Translations under genes and position numbers: made by a program
DNA from: Zootoca vivipara
Lineage: Eukaryota
DNA length: 64,000 bases
NCBI RefSeq assembly: GCF_963506605.1
Contig: NC_083277.1
Coordinates: forward strand, 1,612,001 to 1,676,000
Direction: 5' to 3'
The notes under the pieces: generated by a model
What the model was told of the DNA's origin: nothing
Seen by the model: only the letters and a program-made list of their open reading frames with translations
The model's database searches: none
Shown here: piece after piece, positions 14,462 to 29,347 of the stretch
How the letters are laid out: every line of letters begins with the position of its first letter
Position numbering within the stretch: the stretch's first letter is position 1

Positions 14462-15306
14462 TGTGACATGTTTGTTTGTTTTTAAAGAAAGGTTCTGTTG
14501 TATTTTGTTTCTCCAAGCAGGCCACTTGAAAGGTTAACCCAGTCTCCCTGGTGACTGGCAGCAACATTCCGCTGGAGGAGGGACTGCTGAGGTTTTAAAA
14601 AATTTGATGTGCAGCAGTTAGTTGGCGGTTGAGGGTTTTCTGTGTGGGGAGCTTGGGTGGTTTTGGAGAAGGTAGACTTAGAGTAGATGAAGTAATAATA
14701 ATAATAGTTTAGTTGATAGGTATTCTGTTATTTGATTACTAAGAAACGTTACCTGTGAAATTAAGTTCGTACCAATGCTACCAGAAAGCAACCATTAAGA
14801 TTCAAGCCAATAAATATCCATCTTTAAAGTGTCACATTAGTAATCGTCTATTTCATTTTCCAGCTAAGGTACCCAGGAACCCAGGTGGTGGGGAACTCTT
14901 TTAAACTGTCAAAACTGCCTTTTAGAGGAGAAAGGTTAGTTTGTGGCTGAGAGTGCACCAAGAAAGGGGGGGGGGCTAAAGGAGGAGACAGGTTCTGAGC
15001 GACAATAAAGTTACCCCAGGAAGGAGGCTAGCTTTACAGTAAGGGAGTTTCTAGTGAAGGGAAACCCTTATCTGAGTGCACATAGGAACAGTCTTATTTA
15101 TAGCCCCAAGTCTATATAGGTACCTGGTCACGTTTAGGCTGGAAGAGGACTCTCTTTTATTTTTGAAAACCCACAAGTGCTAGAGGGTTTAAAGAAAGGC
15201 TAGAGGGATAAGTGGGAGGTTTGATTTACCTCAGAAATCCCTGTTAGTGCTTTTAATAATTGAGAGGTCAGAGTTATAAGACGGAAAGTAAAGGACTTTC
15301 GTCGCA
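14462..15306. mobile_element. Solo LTR (845 bp)
   Basis: TGTGAC...GTCGCA termini, 5-bp TSD CCATG (14457-14461 and 15307-15311), and an empty site in the paralogous flank of gene C (about 35688). Confidence 0.85.
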
Positions 15307-15679
15307 CCATGTATCATATGTGTGCAGATAAAAACTGGATTTGGCTGAAGCAAACAAACACTGCTTACTGCTGTTTCCAACAGCCATTGATGTATAATAC
15401 ACAGAGAATCGTTTCTCCCTCGTGGATGCAATTCTTTGCTCCTGGCATGCGCTTAAGTACAGTACTTTGAAGGATTGAAGAAGAGTAGCAAGAGATTTCT
15501 AGACAGAACCTTCCCACAAATAAAAGCCTGAATTCAACACCTTGGCCAATGACTTCCACCTTGCAGATCTGGATATGTAGTTGAATAATATTGGGCAATG
15601 GGTTTGCACTCAATAGCTTTGAGAGGCAAGGCTGACTTCTCCGCTGGGTTGAAGAAGCACAAGAACACTATTGGGATAG

Positions 15680-15812
15680 TTACAGGTAGGTAACCATGTT
15701 GGTCTGATGTAGTCAAAACAAAATAAAAAAATTCCTTCCAGCAGCACCTTAGAGACCAACTAAGTTTGTCATTGGTATGAGCTTTCATGTGCATGCACAC
15801 TTCTTCAGATAC
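15680..15812 (-). mobile_element. 133-bp Penelope pLTR fragment with a hammerhead motif (15775-15812) in the gene A 3' UTR
   Basis: Similar to 9460-9590. Imperfect 15-bp target duplication (15665-15679 and 15813-15827). Absent from paralogs B and C. Confidence 0.88.
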
Positions 15813-15868
15813 ACACTGCTGGGATAGAAATTAAAGTCTCCTAAAATAAAATTACTACACAGCAATTG

Positions 15869-18800
15869 CTAGAGTTTATCCCCACTGTGAGTTCTTTGAT
15901 GGGAAGTGAATTTGTAGCTGTGACTGAAGCTCTTTCCACATTCCAAGCACTGAAAGTGTTTCTCTCCACTATGAATTCTTTGATGGGAAGTGAGATTATT
16001 CTTCTGACTGAAGCTCTTTCCACATTCCAGGCACTGATAGGGTTTCTCCCCTGTATGAATTCTTTGATGGGAAGTGAGATGGTTGCTCTGACTGAAGTGC
16101 TTTCCACATTCGAAGCACTGATAGGGTTTCTCCCCTGTATGACTTCTTTGATGGGAAATGAGAGAGGCGCTCTGACTGAAGCTCTTTCCACATTCGAAGC
16201 ACTGATAGGGTTTCTCCCCTGTATGAATTATTTGATGGGAAGTGAGATGGGTGCTCTGACTGAAGCTCTTTCCACATTCCAAGCATTGATAGGGTTTCTC
16301 CCCACTATGAATTCTTTGATGGGAAGTGAGAGAGTCGCTTCGACTGAAGGTCTTTCCACATTCCAAGCATTGATAGCGTTTCTCCCCTGTATGTATTGTT
16401 TGATGGGAAGTAAGATTGCTACTCTGACTGAAGGTCTTTCCACATTCTAAGCACTGATAGGGTTTCTCCCCAGTATGACTTCTTTGATGGGAAGTGAGAG
16501 AGTCTCTCCGACTAAAGCTCTTTCCACATTCCAAGCACTTATAGGGTTTCTCCCCTGTATGACTTCTTTGATGGGAAGTGAGAGAGTCTCTCCGACTAAA
16601 GCTCTTTCCACATTCCAAACACTGATAGCATTTCTCTCCTGTATGAATTCTTTGATGGGAAGTGAGATTGCTGCTCTGACTGAAGCTCTTTCCACATTCC
16701 AAGCACTGATAGGGTTTCTCCCCTGTATGAATCCTTTGATGGGAAGTGAGAGAGTCACTCCTTCTAAAGGTCTTTCCACATTCCAAACACTGATAGCATT
16801 TCTCTCCTGTATGAATTCTTTGATGGGAAGTGAGATGGGTGCTCTGGCAGAAGCTCTTTCCACATTCGTAGTATGGATAGGGTTTATTCCCAATGGGATT
16901 TCTTTGATGAGAAGTGGACTGGGACCTCTGACTAAAGTTCTCTTCACATGAGTATTTATATTGCTTCTCCATTGTGTGGATTCTGTCTTGCTCCCATCTG
17001 TTATTAATTTCCATTTCATCCCCACCTGCAATGATAGAACTAATTACAGTGGTACCCTGGTTCTCAAACTTAAACCATTCCAGAATTCTATCCCAAAATC
17101 AAAGCATTCCAAAACCAAGGCACGCTTTCCCATGGCATGGTATGTACAGTGGTACTTTGAGTTACAAACGCCTCAGGTCACAAACACTTCAGGTTACAAA
17201 CTCTGCTAACCTGGAAGTAGTTGCCTCGAGTTGATAACTTTGCCCCAGGATGAGAACAGAAATCATGTGCTGGCAGCGTGGCGGCAGCAGGAGGCCCCAT
17301 TAGCGAAATTGCTCCTCAGCTTAATAACAGTTTCAGGTTAAGAATGGACCTCCGGAACGAATTAAGTTTGTAACTAGAGGTACCACTGTAATGTGAAATG
17401 GATTAATCCGTTCCAGACCATTAAAAACAACCTGTAAAACAACAAATTAACATGAATTTTACTCTGAGACAATTGATCCATAAAATGAAAGCAATAAACC
17501 AGGGTGCAATCGACTACCCAGTATCGAAAACTGGCAGTGATCTACCCATTGCCATTGGAGGGATGAGGTGGAAGGGGAGGAGTTTAAGGGGGGGACTCAA
17601 ACTGGAGGGACAAGGAGCGCACATGGGTGCATGTGGGGAAGGAGGTGGCTAACTGGATGTGGGAGGGGAGTTTAAGTGGGAGGAAGGAAAGGGAGGCAAA
17701 AACTCTCTCCCCCCACCACTCAAGCAAGTCCTTTATCCCCCCCCGCAAAGCAGGTCTCTCGCTTGCTCGCTCGCTCTCCCCTCTCCATGTTTTCTGGCAT
17801 CTGCCCATGCTCCCTGTTCACCCGGGCGAGTCCCAGGGCTTGTCTCCACTTTGGACAGCATGTGCGTCCCTGGTGCGATGGAACAAGGACATGGCAGCAG
17901 CACCAGAGTGTGTAGATGAGGCGGCGGTGGCGGTGGCTGTTCCTGGCTGCTCTCCTACGGTAGCTGCTGGATGCTGAGATGGGTGGGCTGGAGCCTGTGC
18001 ATAGTGCGAGCACCCCGATCCCCCGCTCGGGAATGTGGCACCAGCGATGCTTCGCCTGGATCTCGCCTGGGGTCGGGCTTGGGATGAGGGGAGGGAAGGG
18101 AGGCGAGGGGGTGGGAAGGTCATCCTGCCCAGCATAGTTTTTCCCCCCCACAGGCTCCCCCCACAAACACCGCCTCCCTGCGCGATGGGGGAGAGTCACC
18201 AACTTCCACCTCCCTGCCCACTCTGAAGGATATTCGCAGGCAACACCATGAATAGCCCTTCATTCAAAGTGATTTCTGGAAGCGTTAGATTTCCAGGTGG
18301 TGTAAGTGGCACTAAGGAGAGATGTATGGAATTTCAAAATAGATATTATGATCCAACAGAGAGCTTTACCCAGAGAATCCAGGATCCCATGATTCTCCTC
18401 CATGACCTCCTTATGCAGAGCTCTCTGGTCAGAATCCAGCAATGCCCACTCCTTGTCCGTGAAATGAACAGCGACATCTTCAAAGCACACAGGACCCTAA
18501 AAGACCAAGGGATGATCTACCACACATTGCTCTGTTGTTTTCTGCCTGCTAATTGTTGCATTGCTTTAGGGGGATTGTTTTGCTGCACATGGTATGAATG
18601 CGTATTTTAACATCTCGCTGGAATTACTTTATTATTTTAATGATGGGTCTTAATTTTTGTGTAAATGGGTGGAACTCCACATTGTGTTCTTAAAAGCATT
18701 CCTACCTGATGCCCAAAAGACAATGTCAAGGGGCACATGGGGCACAGGGAGGCGAGGAGAAATGGCAAGGCCGTTGTCCAACTGATGGGGCTGGTTAGAT

Positions 18801-19832
18801 GAATCCTGGCCCATTTTTATGGTTTGTCAAAGTTAAATTTAGAAATAAAACTGCAACTACAGATAAAAAATACTAGTAACATTCAGAAGGCGATATGGGT
18901 GAGGTGGATGTCCCATATTCTCAGTTATATATATATTCTCCATATTTTCATTAACAATTTCAAATGGCATTTCCTACCTTTAGTTCAGGGCACCTTTGAC
19001 AGGAGCCAGGAAGTGGAGGGAGTAACCCTGGTTGCCCACCCCTCAGCCTCTCTCCCTACAAGTCTCCTGCCCCCTACCTGATCTGCTTCCATAGCTGCTG
19101 CTTCCCCTTCGCCACCATGAAAAGACGGATGAGGAGGTATTGTCAGCATCATCCTCTCTCTGGTGTCCATTGGAGTCCTCTCTGCCTCAGAGGAATCAGG
19201 ACCCATTTCTGCTAACAGATCCTTTACCTGAAAGAACAACAAAGATTCAAAGCAGAGAATGGGGAGGAGGATTAGAAAAGGATTTTGCAGAGGCAAACAC
19301 TTAGGGGTATCAGATCTCATTCATTGGCTCCTATACATAAAGGGATGGGACATGAATCCTGCATTTTGGGATACTCTCCCTCTGGTTTGGAGCCCCTTGA
19401 GAAAATCCAGAGGAAAATATATATCACCTGCTGCTCTGCCAGCTTTTTCTCCACTGCCTGACTCAGGAGGAAACCTTCAGCCAGGGCCACTGCCTGGGAA
19501 GTGGTCTCTGCTCCACATTCCCTCACCCAGCTCTCCATCTCGGGTGGAAGGACAGCCAGGAACTGCTCCAAGATCACCAGGTCCAGCATCTCAGCTTTTG
19601 TGTGCCTTTCTGGCTTCAGCCACTGACAGACAAGGTGGTAGAGTCGGCTGCAAACCTCACGGGGTCCTTCAGCCTCCTGGTGGCAGAACTGCCTGAGCTG
19701 CTGGCTCTGCACATCTGAGCGGAGGGTGTCCTCCTCACCCAGGATCTTCCGCACAGAGTTTCCCCCAGTGCTCCCATCTTCAGTGGCCTGGCCTCTTTCT
19801 GCTTTAGGTCCAGCTGAGTCTTGCTCATCCAT
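15869..19832 (-). CDS. SCAN-KRAB C2H2 zinc-finger gene A, 612 aa, 11 intact plus 1 degenerate finger; join(19832-19428,19227-19078,18496-18370,17025-15869)
   Basis: SCAN (GPREVCSRL...[22 protein letters not shown]), a 127-bp KRAB-A exon ([17 protein letters not shown]) and TGEKP-linked fingers. Splice sites are GT-AG and phases are consistent (1839 nt). Confidence 0.9.
17047..17420. mobile_element. Nested mariner/pogo-type MITEs (inner complete copy at 17147-17388)
   Basis: The inner TA-CAGTGGTAC...GTACCACTG-TA copy lies inside an outer element that also starts TA-CAGTGGTAC. Confidence 0.75.
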
Positions 19833-21088
19833 CTTTGCTTTTAGGAAGCTTCCAAGAGATCAGTCCCTTTTTGTCGTCTGCAAAGTTCTTCCTGTCCGAA
19901 TTAGTGCTGGCAAACCCTACAAAGCAAATGCATTGTTCTGTTATAAAATTGGCATTCTGTCAGGATCAGAAAAATGTCCCCAGACAAATGTGGATGACTT
20001 TTGTGAGCAATCAAGGCTGCACTGCACTAAAGCCCAGACTCTGAACATATTGTGATTATGAGTTTTTTCAAGCTGTTTTTAAACTTGATTACAGCACTAC
20101 GCAAGAGAAATAAATACTCCCCGGGGGAAACCCACACACCATTAGAATTTGGCTCAATCTGGCTGGTCTAAATATAATTTTACACATAGTAATACATTAT
20201 TATTACTACTACTACTACTACTACTGTTACTACTATTATGTCGCCCATCTGGGTTGCCCCAGCTACTCTGAGCGGTTTCCATTAAGATGAACATCAAACA
20301 CAGTAAGGCATCAAACATTATTAAAAACATTATTAAAAACATCAACAGAGCAATTATTCTCCTCACTTTGAAACCCCCCCCCTGATTCCATCAATAGACC
20401 AACACTTTATGCTGTTTCATTGGTAGCAGAAGAGGAAAAATGATTCTTACACTTAATCTCAGCACAACCACAAGGGCTCCTGACTAGGCGTTTGGCTATG
20501 GGATGTGGACTGCTAAACCTGTCTTCACCCAACTTGGGGCACAAACCCATGACCAGGAAACTCAAGAGTCTCACTCTTTGCTGGCTGGCTTACCGGTATT
20601 TGCATCATTTATTGTTCCCTTTATCCTTGTTTACACAGCCCTAATAAGAGTTATTCCGAACAGAAAGCAAAAAGACAAGAACACACACCCAAGCGCCACC
20701 TATGCTGCATCTGCAAAGCAGGATCAGGCCACTTTAAAGAGTCCTGGCTTCCTCCAAAGAATCATGGGACTAGTAGTTTGTTGAGGGTGCAGGCAAAGCT
20801 CACTGATTTGGGGGTCTCTGCCCCTCTCATGCACCTTCCTCATGCAGCCCTGGATCCCCCCAGGCATCCCAAGGAGGAAGAAAGAGGAGATGCTGCGGAT
20901 CCCAGAAGGGGCCCATAGGCATCTCTGGCAAAGGAGAGACGAAAGCAACCCCTCCATTCTAGGAGACCTCCCCCTCTCCCCTTTCTGCCCTCCCCTCTCT
21001 AGGAATCCAGCTTAGTTCCTTTTAATCCTTGGCGAACCGAACGCACCCACTTCCCCCCTCTATGGAGAGCAGGAGCCCACAGAGAGAG

Positions 21089-21331
21089 GAGGAATTTTGA
21101 TTTGATATCCCGCTTTATCACTACCCTAAGGAGTCTCAAAGCGGCTAACATTCTCCTTTCCCTTCCTCCCCCACAACAAACACTCTGTGAGGTGAGTGAG
21201 GCCAAGAGACTTCAGAGAAGTGGGACTAACCCAAGGTCACCCAGCAGCTGCATGTAGAGGAGCGGAGACACGAACCCGGTTCCCCAGATTATGAGTCTAC
21301 CGCTCTTAACCACTACACTACAATGGCTCCC
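21089..21331 (-). mobile_element. tRNA-derived Squam3-like SINE
   Basis: The minus strand has an A box (GTGTAGTGGTTAAGAGC) and a B box (GGTTCG). It is absent at the paralogous positions (about 30990 and 43010). Confidence 0.8.
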
Positions 21332-21855
21332 AGAAAAAGAGAGGCTTTCTTCTGGGGATGGTGGGATCCACTTGGCAGGCAGATGAGATAAGATAAGATA
21401 TATTTATTGTCATTCTCCCCTTTCGGTTGCTACATCCACTCAGATAAAGCATTCTGCATAATCCAAAATTACTACGAAACCTAATTAAAACAGTAAATAC
21501 GATACAAAATAACAGGTAAAGTAAGATGACTTCAAAGTCCAGACTTTCCATTTGAGGCCAAAATCGCTCTAGAGAAGAAACTGTTCCAGAGACGGATAGT
21601 TCTTGCCTGCATTGAGGAGGAAGGCTATGCCTTAAGGAAAGGATGGCTTGATGGGGGCTCTTCCCTCGGACGGGGATTGGGAGGGGGGTGTTCAATGGCA
21701 TGCCACTTTTTCCCTCCCCAAAGGGGCAAAGGAAGATCAGAGAGGAAGGGGGAAGATACTCCCTGCTTTGGGAGTCTTCCCCCCCCCTTGGGCATCCTCC
21801 CCCTGCAGCCCTGGGACCCCACTTCGCCCCAGGGGGGAAGAGAGAGGAGACTCAC

Positions 21856-22200
21856 TGGATCCTAGGAGGGGGCACCGAGGCAGCCTTGGCAGAGGACAAA
21901 GGGGGAGGGGCTTCCTCTCTGGAGGACCTAGGACCCCCCACTTCCTGGCCTCTCTAGGATTCCAGCTCAGCTCTTGTTAACCCTTGCCGAACCGAGCGCA
22001 CACAGGTCAGAGGAGACTCTGAGGACCTGCGCTGGGTCTTCTCTCGCGGACGCCTCAGAGCACGAAGCGGGGGAGGCGGAGGGAGGGCGGGGCAAGGACC
22101 CGTGACGAAACAGCCTTGGCCCCGCCCCTCAGCCGACTGCTCTGAGGGAAACTACTTTTCCCAACTTCCCGCCTTTCGAAACCTGAGCCTCGCCTCAGTT
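21856..22200 (-). promoter_or_regulatory. CpG-rich promoter and putative non-coding exon 1 of ZNF gene A
   Basis: GC boxes at about 22086 and 22119 and a GTGAGT donor at 21855. Paralogous to 31235-31620. Confidence 0.55.
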
Positions 22201-22383
22201 TTAGGCGCCAAGGAGGCCGATTGCTGTCAGACCAGGCTGCAGTTTCCCTGGGCTCCCTCATTTATCGGGGGATTTCTTTTCATTTGCACTGATTTCTGTT
22301 CATATCTCTCGCTTTTGTAGTTTCTCTCTGCTTCTTTAGAAAGGCATTTTGCTGTATTTTAAATACCCTTTCACTACGCTTTG

Positions 22384-22506
22384 CTTCCCTCGGTTTATGG
22401 ATAAATAGAAGAGCTCCTGCCAGTCAAAGATGTACCTGTACAGGTAGTGAACCCGCTGCATCCCGTTGGAGAAGTGGCACTCCTGCTTCATCCGATACAG
22501 GATGTG
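22384..22506 (-). pseudogene. MHC class II beta chain exon 2 (beta-1) fragment, copy 1
   Basis: Translates as HILYRMKQECHFSNGMQRVHYLYRYIFDWQELFYLSINRGK, matching the class II beta pattern ECHFxNGTxRVRxLxRYxYxxEE. Confidence 0.85.
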
Positions 22507-22509
22507 TTA

Positions 22510-23075
22510 TCAAATCCAACTCGGTGGTGTAACGTTGCAAAATGTCGATCACTTCTCCTACTTGGGCCAACATTGAGGCCAAAATCCAGCATCGCCTGAG
22601 CTCTGCGAGTGCGGCTTTCTCCCAATTGAAGGGTCATTGGCAGGGAAACCAAAATAATAATAATAATAATACCGGGTAATAATAATAATAATAATTTATT
22701 ATTTATGCCCCGCCCATTTGGCTGGGTTTCCCCAGCCACTCTGGGCGGCTTCCAACAGAAATATTAAAATACACTAATTTCTTAAAGATTAAAAGCTTCC
22801 CTAAACAGGGCTGCCTTCAGATGTCCTCTAAAAGTCTGGTAGTTGTTTTTCTCTTTGACATCTGGTGGGAGGGTGTTCCACAGGGCGGGTGCCACTACCG
22901 AGAAGGCCCTCTGCCTGGTTCCCTGTAGCTTTGCTTCTCACAGTGAGGGAACCGCCAGAAGGCCCTCGGCACTGGACCTTACTGAAATAAGTAAAATGGT
23001 TGTTTACAAAGCTATTGCACTACCAACCTTACTGTATGCTTGTGAAACATGGACCACTTACAAATACCATCTCCA
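22510..23075. mobile_element. RTE fragments (+) interrupted by an L2 3' fragment (-, about 22690-22980)
   Basis: VYKAIALPTLLYACETWT is RTE-type. The L2 3' sequence is shared with 53200-53450 and 58200-58420. Confidence 0.65.
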
Positions 23076-23959
23076 AGTTCCCTCCCCCCCACCCCAAATC
23101 CTGCCCTCCCTTCCCAGCTACCCTGTTTGCAGATTCAGGGATAGGGAAAGCGCAATCTTCTCCCCCTCCCCACAACCCCAAAATAATAATAATATTTTGC
23201 ACCTTTTTTTCCTCCTCCTCTGCAGACATGCTCCTTTTCTGGGAATGTGGATGGAGGCCCCTCCCCCTCCAACCTCCCCCCCCCTAACCTTCCCGCCTCT
23301 CTAGGAAGCGGAGCTCACTGACCCATGGGGAGGAATGAGTGACGCCTCCCTTCCAGAACACACAAATTCTCCTCCTTCCAAACAAGCTCTGTTAACCTGT
23401 TTCTTTCCTGAGAAGGTCCCAGGTTTGATCCCCGGAGACGGCACGGAAAGAGACCCCCCCCAAAAAAAAACCTCCGAAAAATTCCTCCGGGGCACAAAGA
23501 TTACATTCCCCCTTCTTCACTTTTTTAATCTATTGCAAGGAGGGGGGGAGGGGGATCTGGTCAATTTCACACCCATTTCCCAACGTGGGGGAGGCAGGGC
23601 TGTGGCGTAAGGTGTCCCCGTTACAACAGCCCTACAAAGTAGACCAGAATTGTTATGCGCGTTTGGGACTTGGAACAGTGACTTACAGCAACCCTAAAGG
23701 GTAGTCCAGTGTCGTCATTACGGGTGCCTTTTTAAAATAGGGGCTGGTGTTTGAACTTGGGCTTTGCTAATGTTACTAAATTGGTGGGGGGTGCACTTGT
23801 GCGAGAGCAGGTTTCTTTGACTGTCTGCCCGTTCAGTGGTTGCCCCTTCTGCTTTCTCATGGCAAAGGACGGTGAGCCCAGAAAGCCTTTTCTTTCCCAG
23901 CTGCACAAGCCCAACACACTTTCGTAATAAACAGAAACCCTGTCTCTTTGTCTCCATGT

Positions 23960-24240
23960 ATGCAAACTCTTTGTCCACCAAATCTAAATCCTTGAACCTG
24001 TTCCTCACTTCCACTGTGTATTTATAAGGAATTTGATTTAGATTTGCAATATTTTTATTTACAGCATTGGACTTTCCTTTCACTTCCAGGGACATCTGCA
24101 ACTGAGTGACATTTCGGCTTTGGCCCAGCCGCTTCATCAGCTCTGACTCTACTTGTACTTGTCCTCCGCTCTTCCTCAGTAGCATGTTGAACGCCTTCCG
24201 ACCTGAGGGGCTCATCTTCCAGATCTTCCAGCCTCATAAC
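23960..24240 (-). mobile_element. BovB/RTE internal fragments
   Basis: NLNQIPYKYTVEVRNRFKDLDLVD and EDEPLRSEGVQHATEEE on the minus strand. Confidence 0.7.
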
Positions 24241-24261
24241 TTATATCCCTGTTGTTTTTGT

Positions 24262-24414
24262 CCACAGGTAGCCAATGTCCCACCTTTCGACGTGGGACCC
24301 ATCCTCTGGGGACATGGCCACAAACTTCCCTCTGTGAATGGTGAAATGGAAGAGCTCCCACCAGTCAAAGAAATACCTGTACAGGTAGTGAACCTGGTAC
24401 ATCCCGTTGGAGAA
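24262..24414 (-). pseudogene. MHC class II beta exon 2 fragment, copy 2
   Basis: FSNGMYQVHYLYRYFFDWWELFHFTIHRGKFVAMSPEDGSHVERWDIGYLW; homologous to copies 1 and 3. Confidence 0.8.
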
Positions 24415-24637
24415 GGGTGTTGTCTGTTGTGCTAGCATGGAGGAGCACACAGCCTCCATGTTCTGATCAGTGTGTCTTCTCCATTTTGTATGTTTCTGTG
24501 TGTTTGGAGAAGTGACTGCTTAGTCACAGTCACTTGGGACTAACTTTTTTATGGAATAGTTCTAGTTGTTATGTAACCTAAGCCTGCCTTCAGGGATGTC
24601 TGTGAACCTGTATGAATCTGTGAGTAAACTACTTTTA

Positions 24638-24840
24638 CAGTGAGGGGGAAAAGAACTTGATCCCCTGCTAAATTTGCCTGTTTGCCCTCTGACGAAGAAA
24701 CAACCAGTCCATAATTTTAATGGTAGGTTTATTGTAGCTGTGAGAGACAGAATAACAGGGGAAAACCCCAGAAACCCAGAATACAAAAGTCAGAGATTGA
24801 TGTGCATTATAATGAGTGAAATAAGTATTTGATCCCCTAT
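24638..24840 (+). mobile_element. Tc1-like IR/DR terminal repeat (one end only)
   Basis: Starts TA-CAGTG, with the direct repeat TTGATCCCCT at both ends of about 200 bp. Confidence 0.55.
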
Positions 24841-25501
24841 CGTTAGGGAAGGATATCATTAAATAATATATCCTCTCCTGCTTCCCTAATCATCCCCACA
24901 TACAACAGGTGCAAGGTCACTCTGAAGAATGTTCTACACATGCGCTGCTTCTGGGCTAACCAGAGATGTTTCCTACAATAGGAGTCTAACCTCTCCTATT
25001 GTAGTGTTAAGATGTAAAGAGAAGATATGGCAGCTTTTAGGGTTAGCATTATGTGAAGATTTGGAAAGAAATTTTAAAAGATCTAGAAATATTGATAAGA
25101 ATGAAAGTATAATTGATGGGGAAAATCTCGGCAATAAAAATGAATATAATGATAAAAAATAATTTTTAATAAAATTTATATCCCACCCGTCTGTTTGGGT
25201 TTCCTCAGCCATGTTAAATTGTTGTTTTACGGGTTGTTTTTAAAAGCCTGGAACGGATCCCAGGGGTCAGCAAGGCTTACCAGGCATGGGCTGGTCACTC
25301 CCGTGGAGATCACTCCGTGGGCTCGACCGGCACAGCGCATCACTGGAAATCATTTATGTGCATGTCCGTGGTGCCAAACATGCGCAGAAGCGATTTTCAG
25401 CATATGGGTATACACATAAGCGATTTCTGGAGCCACGGAAGAGAGTTATCGCACCGTGCTGCATGTGCCGAGTGGGCAGCTCGGTTCGGGAGCGGCTCAT
25501 G

Positions 25502-25730
25502 GGAAGAAGAAGAAGAAGAAGAAGAAGAAGAGGAGGAGGAGGAGGAGGAGGAGGAGGAGGAGGAGGAGGAGTTTGGACTTGATATCCCACTTTATCACTA
25601 CCCTAAGGAATCTCAAAGCGGCTAACATTCTCTTTTCCCTTCCTCCCACACAACAAACACTCTGTGAGGTGAGTGAGGCTGAGAGACTTCAGAGAAGTGT
25701 GACTGGCCCAATGTCACCCAGCAGCTGCAT
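25502..25730 (-). mobile_element. 5'-truncated Squam3-like SINE with an expanded (GAA)n(GAG)n tail
   Basis: The body matches 21095-21255; the microsatellite spans 25502-25570. Confidence 0.8.
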
Positions 25731-26131
25731 TACTTTCTATTGGAAAGCACGCCTTGGTTTTAGAACGCTTTGGTTTTGGAACAGACTTCCAGAACAGATT
25801 AAGTTTGGGATCCAAGGTACTACTCTACAAACCAATAACAACAACCACAACAATAATAAACAGTTTACATTAATACCCTAATTAAAGTAACCATCAGCAC
25901 CATCTAAAAACATTTAAACAACACCAACCTGACAAAATCAAAACAGATAAACCAAAATTAGAACTGTGTAAAATATTTTAGCCAGAGCAATGCTCTCCCA
26001 TGTCTAGTTTCATATGAAGGGGGAAGAAACCCAGAATAAAACATTAGATTGTTTTTTATAGGAATGACAGAAGCACAATAACACTGCTACAATACAAATT
26101 AAAATCTCCTAAAATTACTACACAGCAATTG

Positions 26132-28813
<2,682 letters not shown>

Positions 28814-28960
28814 CTGTGCTCTCAGGAAGCCTCCGAGAGATCAGAAGGAGTCCCTTTTTTCTTCTGCAAAGTTCTGCTAGTCCAAATTAGAGCTGCTGGC
28901 AAACCCTAAAAAGCAAATGCATAAAACCTTGAGATAAACACAGAGGCTTCAGAAAAGGGG

Positions 28961-29046
28961 TGCGGGAGGCAGTGGAAGACAGGAGTGCCTGGCGTGCTCT
29001 GGTCCATGGGGTCACGAAGAGTCGGACACGACTAAACAACAACAAA
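28961..29046 (+). mobile_element. BovB 3'-end fragment
   Basis: Nearly identical to 1440-1530 and flanked by a duplication of about 37 bp. Confidence 0.85.
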
Positions 29047-29347
29047 TCAAGCGTGCAAAAAGAAAAAACCTTGAGATACAACACAGAGCCTTCAGAAAGG
29101 GGGTAGGGAAATTTGAAGTCTCTCCACCCACCCACCCCCCAACAGCTTGAGATTTTGTTACAACTGAGCACTCATACATTGCAGCATCATGAGGAAAAAA
29201 ATAAAGACTCCAGAAAACACACACACACACACTATCAGCATTTGTCTCAGTCTGGCTAGTCTAAATTTAAATTTAAGCAGAAGTTATTATCTCTGCTTAG
29301 AAACCCACTTGCATATAGTAATTGTATTAAATTATTATTCTTACTAA

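Noticed and set aside
15869-17000. Regular repeat-variable-repeat pattern resembling a CRISPR array
   Set aside because: These are coding C2H2 finger units in a vertebrate gene.
23418-23452. B-box/T-arm-like AAGGTCCCAGGTTTGATCCCCGG
   Set aside because: There is no A box or 5' half, so it is at most a relic.
25286-25881. Poly-Glu, poly-Arg, poly-Gly and poly-Pro ORFs
   Set aside because: They are translations of a SINE-tail microsatellite.
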